A DNA stretch of 64,000 nucleotides, taken from the NCBI RefSeq assembly GCF_018350175.1, contig NC_058368.1, forward strand, positions 48,176,001-48,240,000, written 5' to 3'. The translations under genes and the position numbers were made by a program. This stretch comes from Felis catus (lineage: Eukaryota). Below the pieces are notes generated by a model. That model searched no databases. It had not been told where the DNA came from and was given only the letters and a program-made list of their open reading frames with translations. Positions 12,708-25,260 of this stretch are shown here, piece after piece (position 1 is the first letter of the stretch; every line of letters begins with the position of its first letter).

Positions 12708-14922
12708 ATTTTATTTTTATTTATTTTTTTTATATGAAATTTATTGACAAATTAGTTTCCATACAACACCCAGTGCTCATCCCAAAAGGTGCCCTCCTCA
12801 ATACCCATCACCCACCCTCTCCTCCCTCCCACCCCCCATCAACCCCCAGTTTGTTCTCAGTTTTTAACAGTCTCTTATGCTTTGGCTCTCTCCCACTCTA
12901 ACCTGTTTTTTTTTTTTTTTCCTTCCCCTCCCCCATGGGTTCCTGTTAATTTCTCAGGGTCCACATAAGAGTGAAACCATATGGTATCTGTCTTTCTCTG
13001 TATGGCTTATTTCACTTAGCATCACACTCTCCAGTTCCATCCACGTTGCTACAAAAGGCCATATTTCATTTTTTCTCATTGCCACATAATACTCCATTGT
13101 GTATATAAACCACAATTTCTTCATCCATTCATCAGTTGATGGACATTTAGGCTCTTTCCATAATTTGGCTATTGTTGAGAGTGCTGCTATGAACATTGGG
13201 GTACAAGTGGCCCTATGCATCAGTACTCCTGTATCCCTTGGATAAATTCCTAGCAGTGCTATTGCTGGGTCATAGGGTAGGTCTATTTTTAATTTTCTGA
13301 GGAACCTCCACACTGCTTTCCAGAGCGGCTGCACCAATTTGCATTCCCACCAACAGTGCAAGAGGGTTCCCATTTCTCCACATCCTCTCCAGCATCTAGA
13401 GTCTCCTGATTTGTTCATTTTGGCCACTCTGACTGGCGTGAGGTGATACCTGAGTGTGGTTTTGATTTGTATTTCCCTGATAAGGAGCTACGCTGAACAT
13501 CTTTTCCTGTGCCTGTTGGCCATCCGGATGTCTTCTTTAGAGAAGTGTCTATTCATGTTTTCTGCCCATTTCTTCACTGGGTTATTTGTTTTTCGGGTGT
13601 GGAGTTTGGTGAGCTCTTTATAGATTTTGGATACTAGCCCTTTGTCCGATATGTCATTTGCGAATATCTTTTCCCATTCCGTTGGTTGCCTTTTAGTTTT
13701 GTTGGTTGTTTCCTTTGCTGTGCAGAAGCTTTTTATCTTCATAAGGTCCCCGTAATTCACTTTTGCTTTTAATTCCCTTGCCTTTGGGGATGTGTCGAGT
13801 AAGAGATTGCTACGGCTGAGGTCAGAGAGGTCTTTTCCTGCTTTCTCCTCTAAGGTTTTGATGGTTTCCTGTCTCACATTTAGGTCCTTTATCCATTTGG
13901 AGTTTATTTTTGTGAATGGTGTGAGAAAGTGGTCTAGTTTCAACCTTCTGCATGTTGCTGTCCAGTTCTCCCAGCACCATTTGTTAAAGAGGCTGTCTTT
14001 TTTCCATTGGATGTTCTTTCCTGCTTTGTCAAAGATGAGTTGGCCATACGTTTGTGGGTCTAGTTCTGGGGTTTCTATTCTATTCCATTGGTCTATGTGT
14101 CTGTTTCTGTGCCAATACCATGCTGTCTTGATGATGACAGCTTTGTAGTAGAGGCTAAAGTCTGGGATTGTGATGCCTCCTGCTTTGGTCTTCTTCTTCA
14201 AAATTCCTTTGGCTATTCGGGGCCTTTTGTGGTTCCATATGAATTTTAGGATTGCTTGTTCTAGTTTCGAGAAGAATGCTGGTGCAATTTTGGTTGGGAT
14301 TGCATTGAATGTGTAGATAGCTTTGGGTAGTATTGACATTTTGACAATATTTATTTTTCCAATCCATGAGCAGGGAATGTCTTTCCATTTCTTTAAATCT
14401 TCTTCAATTTCCTTCATAAGCTTTCTATAGTTTTCAGCATACAGATCCTTTACATCTTTGGTTAGATTTATTCCTAGGTATTTTATGCTTCTTGGTGCAA
14501 TTGTGAATGGGATCAGTTTCTTTATTTGTCTTTCTGTTGCTTCATTGTTAGTGTATAAGAATGCAACTGATTTCTGTACATTGATTTTGTATCCTGCAAC
14601 TTTGCTGAATTCATGTATCAGTTCTAGTAGACTTTTGGTGGAGTCTATCGGATTTTCCATGTATAATATCATGTCATCTGCAAAAAGCGAAAGCTTGACT
14701 TCGTCTTTGCCAATTTTGATGCCTTTGATTTCCTTTTGTTGTCTGATTGCTGATGCTAGAACTTCCAGCACTATGTTAAACAGCAGCGGTGAGAGTGGGC
14801 ATCCTTGTCGTGTTCCTGATCTCAGGGAAAAAGCTCTCAGTTTTTCCCCGTTGAGGATGATGTTAGCTGTGGGCTTTTCATAAATGGCTTTTATGATCTT
14901 TAAGTATGTTCCTTCTATCCCG
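12708..14922 (-). mobile_element. Young L1 (L1_Fc-like), 5'-truncated at about 2.2 kb; ORF2 RT and C-terminal region with one nonsense codon
   Basis: [20 protein letters not shown]...[11 protein letters not shown]; ORFs 13488-14771 and 12954-13427 are in the same frame, separated by one TAG; T-rich tail at 12708-12730; TSD at 12694-12707 and 14924-14937. Confidence 0.98.
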
Positions 14923-15301
14923 CTAAAATGATTTTTTAAATATTAATACTATTATTTAACAGCTAACTGAGAGTTAAATAGGAACAGAAAGCCATTGACC
15001 GTCACAAAATAGCTTTCTGAAGTCATGTTTTTTATATTTGCTTTCTTATTTCCTAAAGCATATGCACAGTTTTACTATCTAAAACTAGAAAAATCCTAGG
15101 CTTAATTCCATGGCTGTGCTAATTTCTAAAGTACATTTGTGTCCCATATTTTACCCAAGCATTTTATAGAGTCTATGGTTTTTAGATATGTTTCTACTGT
15201 TTATAGATTAATTATAATTGACCTACCTCCTACCATCTTTCCTGTTATGTTCTTTGTTGGGAGGCCAAGAAACAAACCAACATTAAAGTGTTCTGAATTT
15301 C

Positions 15302-15305
15302 AAAA

Positions 15306-15348
<43 letters not shown>

Positions 15349-15380
15349 AAAGAAAGAAAGAAAGAAAAGAAAAAGAAAAA
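15302..15380. repeat. (TAAA)n/(GAAA)n compound microsatellite
   Basis: Direct reading. Confidence 0.9.
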
Positions 15381-15503
15381 ATCTTGCTATGAGAAAATGG
15401 GCTTGAAAGTCCATCATTGCCAAGAAAGGTAGACTTTATAAATTATTTCAGGTCCTCCTGCAGACTATACCAACAGATGGGCCCAGTTGATCTTATTAGA
15501 GTG

Positions 15504-15780
15504 TGTGGTGATCTTTGCCCACCAATAACCTTCTCTCTTCTTTGTCCTGGGTCCACAGAGAGGCTGCATTCCCAGACTTCCTTGCAGGTAAGCATGACCA
15601 TGTGGCTAAACTCTAGGCCACGGATGACTCAAAGTGCTGCTTGCCATTTCCAGACCAGGTTAAAAGATGTCACGCCTACGCTTCTTTCTTCTGACAGATT
15701 TCTGGGATGAACGTCACTTCCGAGATGACCTTGCAAGCTACACAGCAGAACAACTACCACGCTGAATCCCCGAATGACTG
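15504..15780 (+). mobile_element. Old ERVL/MaLR LTR fragment (MLT1J/LTR33-like)
   Basis: 'ctgcattcccagacttccttgcaggtaagcatgaccatgtggctaaactctaggcca'. Confidence 0.6.
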
Positions 15781-15789
15781 CATGGGGCA

Positions 15790-16251
15790 CATGGCAACTC
15801 ATGTTCTACGATGGCAACTATCAGTTCCTTTACCCACATTTACATGCTATTCCCCATCAAGAGATAGAGCCTATTCCTCCAGTCTTATGCAATCCGGGCT
15901 AATTTAATTGATTTGACCGTTTCATAGAATAAAATGTTATTATGAGACTTCCTTGAAGCTTTCATCAAGGCTTCTTGGCACTCAGTCACCATGCTATTAG
16001 GAAGCCTATGGGGTCCTGTGGAGAGGCCCCTGGAAACTAGTTTTAACTTGCCAGCCATATGTGTAAATTATCCTGGAATACTGTCTTCTAGCTCTGGTCG
16101 AGCTGCCCTAGCTGTTATCATGTAGAGGAGAGAACTGACCAGCAGCATTTCAAATTCTGAATTCACAAAATCATGAAATATAATAGAAACAAGTGCTATT
16201 TCAAGCTACTAAGTTTTGACATAATGTTATGTTTCAATAAAAAACTGAAAC
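15790..16251 (+). mobile_element. MaLR LTR (MLT1G/H-like)
   Basis: 'cccatcaagagatagagcctatt', 'tgtggagaggccc'; 3' 'aagctactaagttttg...aaactgaaaca'. Confidence 0.7.
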
Positions 16252-16329
16252 ACTATCTTACCTCCACCCAATCATTACCCTAGAATGTGTATGTATAAGA
16301 AATAAGCCTCTAACTTTTCCTCTCTGTTA

Positions 16330-16515
16330 AGATAAAATTAACAAAAAATATATATATATTTAGTGTATACAACATAATAATTTAATATAATATACATTGT
16401 GAAGTGATTACCACCATTATTAGTTAACATATCCATCACCTTCTCACACTGTTACCTTTGTGTGTTGGTGAGAACACTTAAGATCTATGCTTTTAGCAAA
16501 TTTCAAGTATACATT
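16330..16515 (-). mobile_element. L1MA-like 3' UTR fragment
   Basis: 'agttaacatatccatcacc', 'ggtgagaacacttaagatcta...agcaaatttcaagtataca'. Confidence 0.8.
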
Positions 16516-17906
16516 ATTATTTTTTTTCAATATATGAAATTTATTGTCAAATTGGTTTCCATACAACACCCAGTGCTCATCCCAAAAGGTGCCCTCCTCA
16601 ATACCCATCACCCACCCTCCCCTCCCTCCCACCCCCCATCAACCTTCAGTTTGTTCTCAGTTTTTAACAGTCTCTTATGCTTTGGCTCTCTCCCACTCTA
16701 ACCTCTTTTTTTTTTCCTTTCCCTCCCCCATGGGTTTCTGTTAAGTTTCTCAGGATCCACATAAGAGTGAACACATATGGTATCTGTCTTTCTCTGTATG
16801 GCTTATTTCACTTAGCATCACACTCTCCAGTTCCATCCACGTTGCTACAAAGGGCCATATTTCATTCTTTCTCATTGCCACGTAGTACTCCATTGTGTAT
16901 ATAAACCATAATTTCTTTATCCATTCATCAGTTGATGGACATTTAGGCTCTTTGCACAATTTGGCTATTGTTGAGAGTGCTGCTATAAACATTGGGATAC
17001 AAGTGCCCCTATGCATCAGTACTCCTGTATCCCTTGGGTAAATTCCTAGCAGTGCTATTGCTGGGTCATAGGGTAGATCTATTTTTAATTTTTTGAGGAA
17101 CCTCCACATTGTTTTCCAGAGCGGTTGCACCAGTTTGCATTCCCACCAACAGTGCAAGAGGGTTCCCATTTCTCCACATCCTCTCCAGCATCTAGAGTCT
17201 CCTGATTTGTTCATTTTGGCCACTCTGACTGGTGTGAGGTGATATCTAGTGTGGTTTTGATTTGTATTTCCCTGATGAGGAGTAACGTTGAGCATCTTTT
17301 CCTGTGCCTGTTGGCCATCCAGATGTCTTCTTTAGAGAAGTGTCTATTCATGTTTTCTGCCCATTTCTTCACTGGGTTATTTGTTTTTCGGGTGTGGAGT
17401 TTGGTGAGCTCTTTATAGATTTTGGATACTAGCCCTTTGTCCGATATGTCATTTGCGAATATCTTTTCCCATTCTGTTGGTTGCCTTTTAGTTTTGTTGG
17501 TTGTTTCCTTTGCTGTGCAGAAGCTTTTTATCTTCATAAGGTCCCAGTAATTCATTTTTGCTTTTAATTCCCTTGCCTTTGGGGATGTGTCGAGTAAGAG
17601 ATTGCTACGGCTGAGGTCAGAGAGGTCTTTTCCTGCTTTCTCCTCTAGGGTTTTGATGGTTTCCTGTCTCACATTCAGGTCCTTTATCCATTTTGAGTTT
17701 ATTTTTGTGAATGGTGTCAGAAAGTGGTCTAGTTTCAACCTTCTGCATGTTGCTGTCCAGTTCTCCCAGCACCATTTGTTAAAGAGGCTGTCTTTTTTCC
17801 ATTGGATGTTCTTTCCTGCTTTGTCAAAGATTAGTTGGCCATATGTTTGTGGGTCTAGTTCTGGGGTTTCTATTCTATTCCATTGGTCTATGTGTCTGTT
17901 CTTGTG
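16516..17906 (-). mobile_element. Young L1 (L1_Fc-like), 5'-truncated at about 1.4 kb, one frameshift near 17250
   Basis: [27 protein letters not shown]...EKDRYHMCSLLCGS; nearly identical to 12708-14110; no TSD found. Confidence 0.97.
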
Positions 17907-20900
17907 AGGATGGTTCTCTTTGTATGCTGATGTCATACTCCCAGATAGTTCTGGCAGTTCTCAGAACATGAGGAAGTGAGAAACAGTGACCCCCTTACCC
18001 TCTAGAAGATTTAGCTGAAGAGAAGTACCAGTACTCAAAGAAGCCCACTCAGAGGGAACAGCTGCCACAGGAGCTGTAAGTGGGAGCCAACGGAAGTGAC
18101 TAAGGAGCATCACAAAAAGAGGTTCACTAGAGAGGATTTCTTCCCTATAGCTCCTTTTAGGGTGAGTTTATCTTAAGAAAGAAGGAAGTCAATCCACAGT
18201 TTCTAATTATCATCATGGGGGGAAAAAAGTGAATTTTCTTACGAGAAAAGTAGTGGAGTTGGAACTTCAGAAACTCCAAGTAAGAGCTTACGTCAGCACG
18301 GAGACTTCTCAGCCTTGAGAGTCATCTCAGGAAAGAGTGCTATATTCACAAAAGGGGGTGAGTGGTAAAGGATTGCTCTTATAACCTCGTATGAAAAGCA
18401 ACAGAACTTCAGTTAACAGTCCTTTTCTTCTGTGTTTGAGGTACAAAACTGCAAAACTGTTGCATTTGAAGGGCTTATTTTGAACATTGCTGGCACCTGT
18501 GAAGGGATGTTTTCAAAACTATCGCTCCCAAAATGAAGCAGAGTAACAGCAGGCTCCCCAATCGTTTAAGAAGCCCCAAAAGCATTGAGAAAAAAAGAAA
18601 GCGACCGGCATATAGGAGTGTTCAAATAATATGTTGGGTCTTATTTGATCTTTAAGGTTTAAATAGGCATGAAATTCATCTGCTAGAAGTACTCTGTGTG
18701 TCTCTGATCTTTGTTCTTTGGTATAACCACAAGTCTTCAACTACACTGGATCTTTACCTTCTGATTTATCCATTTTGCCATCCTCGACCTTCACACATTT
18801 TAAACATTAAATTAGTCATGCTCCCAAATTCATTTTCCAGATACATGTTTTTCAAATGTTAATTTCAATGATAACTGCCTTAAAAAAATGATAGGCTCAG
18901 GCTAAGTACGGTAGCACTATTGCCACTAGATAGGCAGTCTAGACTCCTGGCAAGGCACCCGTAATTTTTTTTCTTTGTATTTAATATCTTTTGACCTAAT
19001 AGATTAGTTTTAGGAGGACAAATTGACTTAAAGAGAAATCTCAGCACAAGAGCGATGTCCTTTTTGGAGGCCCTTAGTCAGAGAGTAAGCAAAGAATCAG
19101 AATCAGATTCTGGAAGGTTTCTTTATTTCTGTTTCAGAATCTCCTAAGAAAAATAAATCATTATCCATGTCTTATGGAAAATAAAGAAACTGGAAACGGG
19201 AACTCTTTTGGACTATGATTCTGGGACTTGAGTGATTGGAGTCTGTGATTATTTTGGCTCTTAAGCTCCAGGGACAGTAACCTTCATAGTATGTCACCAA
19301 TGGCATCTATTCTCTAGTGAGATAATTTTTAGAAAGGGCAAATAAAAACAATTCCATTTTTCATGCAATTTCCTCTTTCCTTTTGTATCAATGAGTTACA
19401 TGTAGAATGGAAGCACACTTGATCCAATCAAGTGACTCCTAATGACTTCTTACCTCTCAATATTTAAGGGAGAAATTGAAAGTATTTTTCATCTATTCTA
19501 ATGACACATGGTAACAAGACTACATAATATGGTTGCAAGAAAGAGACGGCAGATTTTAGAGCTAAGCAGATAGAAAGACACTTTTAGGATTCATTGGAAA
19601 AAGGAAGAGACACTTTGGCCCAGTTAGGTAAAGTAGGTGGAAAGTAGAGGGAGAGAATATCAGCAACACTGGGGAAGGATTTAGATTTCCCTTCATCCTG
19701 GCAGCTTCAGAGGTGAGGAAAGTTGACTCTGGTGGAGTAGACTATATAGGCAAGAACTATTGTGCAATCTAGGTTTTCCTAAAAGATAGGAAATGAAGCT
19801 ATCCTAGTACTTGACTGGCAGGGAAGGAGAAAAGGCTAGTACCAGTGAAGAGAAGAGAGTTGACAGAAAGGACCTTAAGGAAGATCTTGGGCCACTTTGA
19901 CTCTTAATCAAATGTAGTTTGGTCTTGGGAAACTGGCAGGCTGAACACAGAAGTAAACGTATCCTAAGGTCATGTGCACATTTGAGAAAACAAATGAACT
20001 GTCTTTGAGTGTGGTGAGTGCATTTTGCAGACTGAGATGTCTCAGGAATTCTCAGTATCTATATGTAACCTACCCATTTAATGAGCATATGTACAGCAAA
20101 AAGATGAATAACTGAAATAGTCAACACAGCAAAATTTAAAATAAATTCATTTGTTCAAGACATTTTATTAATTCCCTACTACTTACACTTTCATTCTAAG
20201 CACTCAGAAAATTCTGTTCCTTTAAGTATTTTATGTTCTTATCAGAAAAGACAGGTAATTAACCAAAATAAACAAAGTATATGATAAGTAAGTTGGTAAT
20301 AAATGCTATGGAGAAGCATTCCAAGCAGACATAAGAACAAGCAAAAGGGCCTTGAGGTAAAGGAATGCTGGACAAACAAGTTCAGAGACTAGATGAGAGA
20401 AATGTAGAACTGAGGTCAAAAAGGTAACTGGGAATCTTATTATGATGGATCTGGGAGGTCATCAATAGCAGTTATGTGTTTCCACATATCAAACTACCCT
20501 CAAACCTAGTGACTTTAAACAACAGTCATCATTTCTTTTGCTTACAAACATGCAACTTAGGGAGAGATTTATGAAAACGGCGAATCTTTGCCCCACACAA
20601 CATCAAAGGGTGCTGCTCAATGAGGGGCTGGAGCGTCCACATAAGTGACGGCTTAATCACATGCCTGTCAAGTTAGTGGTGGCTGGGAGCACAGTCAGAA
20701 TTATGGGCCATAGGCCTTATTTCTTCTCTTCATGTTCTCTCCTTAGGTATTTTGGGCTTCCTCACAGAATGATGGCCAGGTTCTAAGTGTGAGCATCCCA
20801 AGAGAATAAGGAAGAAATGCATGGTATTTCTATGACCTAGCCTTGAAGCCATAGAGTACCACTGCTGATGTACCTCACTAGTCAGGTGAGCCTAAAAGGT

Positions 20901-20914
20901 TTGTATGGTTTCTT

Positions 20915-21050
20915 CTTTTTAAAGTATTTTATTTTTATTTTCTTAATGTTTATTTACCTATTTTGAGGGAGGGAGAGAGAGAACTTGAGTGGGAGAGGGG
21001 CAGAGAGAGAATCTCAAGAAGGCTCTGTACCGTCAGTGCAGAGCCTGGGG
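20915..21050 (-). mobile_element. CAN-SINE 3' half (head missing)
   Basis: T-rich tail, GA tract, 'ggctctgtaccgtcagtgcagagcct'. Confidence 0.85.
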
Positions 21051-21080
21051 AATGACAAGGCTCTATAAAAATATGGGGAC

Positions 21081-21283
21081 AGGTGCACCTAGGTGGCTCA
21101 GTCAGTTAAGCATCCGACCTCAGCTGGGGTCATGATCTCATGGTTCGTGAGTTTGAGTCTTGCATCAGGCTCTCTACTGTCAGCAGAGAGCCCGCTTCAG
21201 ATCCTATGTCCTCCTCTATCTCTGCCCCTTCCCCACTCATGTTTTTTTCTCTCTCTCAAAAATAAATAAACATTAAAAAAAAT
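21081..21283 (+). mobile_element. CAN-SINE
   Basis: 'cacctaggtggctcagtcagttaagc', CT tract, aaaaataaataaacatt tail. Confidence 0.95.
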
Positions 21284-21464
21284 AAAGGCATGTGGACAGG
21301 AGATATCGTGTGGCCATCTTTGGAAAATATAATCTGTCAAACCATAATAATAGCTTTGGAATTATTCTGAGTGAATAGAGTGACCATTATAGTGCGTTGA
21401 GTAGAGAAGTGACTTAAGTTTTCAACAGGTCATTCAGTCTTCTGTGTTGAAAGTAGACGATAGT

Positions 21465-21685
21465 GGGGCACCTGGGTGGCTCAGTCAATTAAGCATCTGA
21501 CTTCAGCTCAGGTCATGATGTCATGGTTTGTGAGTCTGAGCCCCATGTCGGGCTCTGTGCTGATAGCTCAGACCCTGGAACCTGCTTCAGATTCTGTGTC
21601 TCTCTCTTTCTTTGCCCCTCCCCTGCTTGCACTCTGTCTCTCTCTCTCTCAAAAATAAATATACATTCAAAAATAATTTTAAAAA
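21465..21685 (+). mobile_element. CAN-SINE
   Basis: 'ggggcacctgggtggctcagtc', CT tract, A-rich tail. Confidence 0.95.
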
Positions 21686-21924
21686 TAGGAAGAAAATAGA
21701 TGATGGCAAGGGCTGAAATAGGGTAATAGTAAAGAGGCTACTGGTGTATTAGGGTGAGATGTGAATGTGACTTGGACTAAAGTTGTAGCAGTGGAGATAG
21801 TAAGAAGTGGGGAGACTCAGCATATTTTGAAGATAGAGCCAACATGATTTGCTAAGAGATTAGTAGCAGGGTGTGTGAGAAAGAGAAGAGTCAAGAATGA
21901 TACCAAAGCGGGTATCCTTTCCTT

Positions 21925-21998
21925 CTAAACATGGCTTTTATCAAACTCTCCCCAAGATAACAATTAGAAAATTGAATAAAATACACACACGTGCGCGT

Positions 21999-22034
<36 letters not shown>

Positions 22035-22690
22035 CCAAAAACACTTGTTTAAAGGCAGAAGAAGGATCCCAAGGCAGACAGAAAAGACTTGAGGATCTAA
22101 GATACCAAAGGGAAAGAAAACGCATGAAGGTGAACCTAACACTTCATGTTACTTTCTCTTTTGGGTCATTTGCTGGTTTATAATTGGGGCATGTCTGAGA
22201 GCTGAGAAGCCAAGCAGAAATATGATGCTAACTGGCAAAGAAGCATCAAGGTGCTAAAGAGACAAAGTTGGAGTTCAAGGCTATGAGCAGCCAAGAGTAG
22301 AGGGAAAAGACCTCAGGCAGCAGAAAAGTGCAAAAAGATACAAAAAAGGTGAGTTAAACATTTGGTGCTGCTTTCTCTTTTAAAGGTTTCCAAAAGGCCT
22401 AGAAGCTGAGCAGCACCATTACAATGGTGTTAAATTTTCAAAAACTTTAAGAACTCCTCAGTCACTGATTCAAAAGGCACTGTATACTCAAACAGAAAAA
22501 ACATAAAGAAACTACAGTGAGTCATAGCATAGTAAAACTACTAAAATCCAAAAACCAACCAAACATTGTAGAGATAACCAGAGAAAAAGGAAACATAAGC
22601 TATAAAGAAGCTACATTAAAACAATAACATGATGTCTGATTTTTTAATAGAAATGAAAGAAGCTAGAAAACAAGAGAACAACATCTTGTT
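21925..22690 (+). mobile_element. Ancient L1M 5' UTR/ORF1 remnant
   Basis: ORF1-like 'catagcatagtaaaactactaaaatccaaa...agaaatgaaagaagctagaaaacaa'; diverged. Confidence 0.55.
22001..22032. repeat. (AC)16 microsatellite
   Basis: Direct reading. Confidence 0.95.
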
Positions 22691-22739
22691 GAAACAAAGG
22701 ACAGGTGTCTAGAAGGGTATTTCTATGTCAAAAATATAC

Positions 22740-24250
22740 TTGTTTTATGGATTTTGGAATAAATTTTAGATTTGCTGTCCAGTAAAGTTGTGTTTATTTA
22801 TATCCCTACAAATGATCTACTAGAGTGCTTATTTTGTTGTATTCACCAGCACAGATAATTATCATATTTTGATCTTTGCTGATTTAGAAAATAAAATACT
22901 ATTTGAAATCTCAATTTATATTTCACTGATTACTAATATGGATCATCAATCATTTCATACTGTATTTGGCTTCACTCACATTTTCCTACATTTAGCAAAT
23001 CTTAGATGCTCCCAGTTTTATTGCCTGCCCACTGATTCTTACGGGCACATGGAAAGATCATCACTGTGTTGGTATCTTTATTTTGTATCTGACCACTTTC
23101 CTAAGCTCAGTTATTAGATTTAGTAGGTTTCAGTGAATTCTCTTGGGTTTTCCAGGTAGTTAATTTATACTCTGTTAAGTAATGATAATTTTGTCTAAGA
23201 GGTATACTTCTTATTACTTTTGCTTGCTTTTCATCAGGTAAACCTCCAGAATAATACTGAAAAATGGTAAACATTATTATATTTGTTTCTTTTTTTTACT
23301 GTACATATAATAATGTTGGCTTTGATTTGTGATAAATATGCTTTGTCATTATATAAGCATCCTTCTATTTCTAGTTTACTGAGATGTAATTTTAAGAGTG
23401 TTTAATTTCATCAGTCATTTTTAACATTTATTATAAATTTATTTGTTTATAGTCTCTTTTGTCCTATCAATGTGGTAAATTATATTAATATATTTCCTAA
23501 TGTTGAACTATCACCGTATTCCTAAAATAAGTGCTATTTTTTAATGTTCTGATGTATTTTCATTTATGGTTTTTGTATCCTATAATCTTATCTCCATCTT
23601 TGTCAAGTTTTGGTAGCAGATTATGCTAGCCACATGTAATGAATGAACTACAATGTCCATAGTTTTACATACTCTGGAATAGCTCCATTAGCATAATTTA
23701 TTCTAAAAAGGTTTTCCAATAATTTATAATAAAACCTATGTGAGGTACAGGAAAAGAATAAATTCTTTGACAATTTTGTTGATTTCTCTTGGGATTACTT
23801 GTTCCTTTGTTTTTGTTGTTTTAAGTTCTCTGTTTATGATTTTTAATTCATATATTTCCTGGAAAAATTATATATTTCATCAAATTTTTCAAATAGATTA
23901 GCAAAGAATTGTGGATAGTGCCCTTTTGTAAGTTTTCTGGGTCTAAAGTTACATCAGCTTTCTTGTACTGTTTGTATTTACAAACTTTTCTGTTTTTCTT
24001 AATTCCAATGGCCAGATTTTTTCTAGAGTTTTTACTGAAGCTGATCTTAGATTTTTACCAATCTTATTTATTTGTAGTTTCTAATTTATTATTTTCTGCT
24101 TTTATGGTTGTAAACTCCTTTCTCCTGCTTTCTTTTGGGTTTATTTAGTTGCTACATTTTTAGCATCTTGGGTTGAAGTTTTAATTCATATAATTTCATT
24201 CTTTCTTATTTATCAAATGAGGTCTTTAAGTTTCTGAATATTTATATATT
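22740..24250 (-). mobile_element. Ancient L1 (L1ME-like) ORF2 remnant
   Basis: T-rich; 'ccttctatttctagtttactgag', 'tttcctaatgttgaactatc', 'ttttggtagcagattatgctagcc'. Confidence 0.7.
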
Positions 24251-24460
24251 GAATGTGTATTATAAGCATCCATCCTTTGCACATGTATATGCAAAAAAGA
24301 ACTTTAAATGCCATTTTTGAGAAATGTACCTAAAAAGACCATATTTAAAGGATGTGAATATGCAAGAAAGTTTGAACAATCTCAGAGTACAGTGAAATTT
24401 CTGTTAGCTATAACAACTAACTGGAACCATCCAGCTGGATTTGTGTCTTATTTTCCACTT

Positions 24461-24680
24461 AAAAATTGTTTTTCTTAATGTTTTTATTTATTTTTGAGAC
24501 AAAGAGAGACAGAGCATGAGCAGGGGAGGGGCAGAGAGAGAGGGAGACACAGAATCTGAAGCAGGCTCCAGGCTCTGAGCTGTCAGCACAGAGCCTGACA
24601 TGGGGCTTGAACTCACAGACTGTGAGATCATGACCTGAGCTGAAGACGGACACTCAACCGACTGAGCCACTCAGGAGCCC
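24461..24680 (-). mobile_element. CAN-SINE
   Basis: Full length; TSD cttattttccactt at 24447-24460 and 24681-24694. Confidence 0.96.
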
Positions 24681-25059
24681 CTTATTTTCCACTTTTAAAG
24701 GCAAATTGTATTATAGGTGGGCAGGATTACATAAGATACATATTAAAATTTTAAAAATCTTCAAGGGGATTACTTGGGTCAATGCATGTTGATTCCAAAT
24801 TCTCATACCTTTTTCAGTTCTTTATAATGATCAATTGTGTCTAAAAGGATGTCCTGAGGCATTGCGAGATTATCATCAGTGATTACATTATTTTTATTAT
24901 ATTAGTCTTAGGAAATGTCATGAGTACATTTCTAGAAGGATTGGGGTAATATTTACAGGGATTTTGACAAAAAGAACTTTCCAGTTAATTCTTGATTATC
25001 TACAAAATACTTCATTGTCTGAACATTTAAATGAAACATTATTTTATAATCTTTCTTAT

Positions 25060-25260
25060 ATGCTTACATTTACTGAGCACTTAGTATTCTACCACTTTTG
25101 GTATACCGTCTTATCTAATCTTTGTAACAACATAATGAGAAAGACAATGATAGAGAAACTGAGGCACACAGTGGTTCAGTCTCAGAGTAAATGGCAAAGG
25201 AAGGACTCAAATCCATGGCTGCCAGAGCCCATGTTAATTCTTTACTGTACTACCTCCCAA
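25060..25260 (-). mobile_element. MIR SINE
   Basis: 'acatttactgagcactta', 'gaaactgaggcacaca', 'ggactcaaatcca'. Confidence 0.65.

Larger units (their letters stand above)
20465..21340 (-). mobile_element. MaLR LTR (MLT1H-like), interrupted by two SINEs
   Basis: 'ggccatctttggaaaatataatctg' (LTR 5' end, antisense); 'tatgacctagcct'; 'aaactaccctcaaacctagtgacttt'. Confidence 0.75.
20140..21910 (-). mobile_element. L2 LINE 3' region, interrupted by an MLT1 LTR and SINEs
   Basis: 'attcatttgttcaagacattttatt' tail; 'attttgaagatagagccaacatgatttgcta'; 'gagaaagagaagagtcaagaatga'. Confidence 0.75.

Noticed and set aside
13488..14771. 427-aa reverse transcriptase ORF as a novel RT system or domesticated gene
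   Set aside because: Ordinary 5'-truncated L1 ORF2 with tail and TSD; the start is an internal GTG and there is a premature stop.
13792..14883. Antisense ORFs of 118 and 141 aa
   Set aside because: Opposite-strand frames of L1 ORF2; the 118-aa frame recurs at 17587 and, in part, at 53358.
18915..18940. CTCF-like 'gccactagataggcag' (also 'gctgtcccctagcagcc' at about 58923)
   Set aside because: An insertion or mismatches in core positions; not supportable without ChIP data.
19560..20040. Possible ancient Gypsy-like LTR
   Set aside because: No diagnostic motif I can verify.
21476..21658. Recurrent MAQSV... ORFs (also 5101, 24488, 33012, 58589)
   Set aside because: Translations of CAN-SINE bodies, not a gene family or array.
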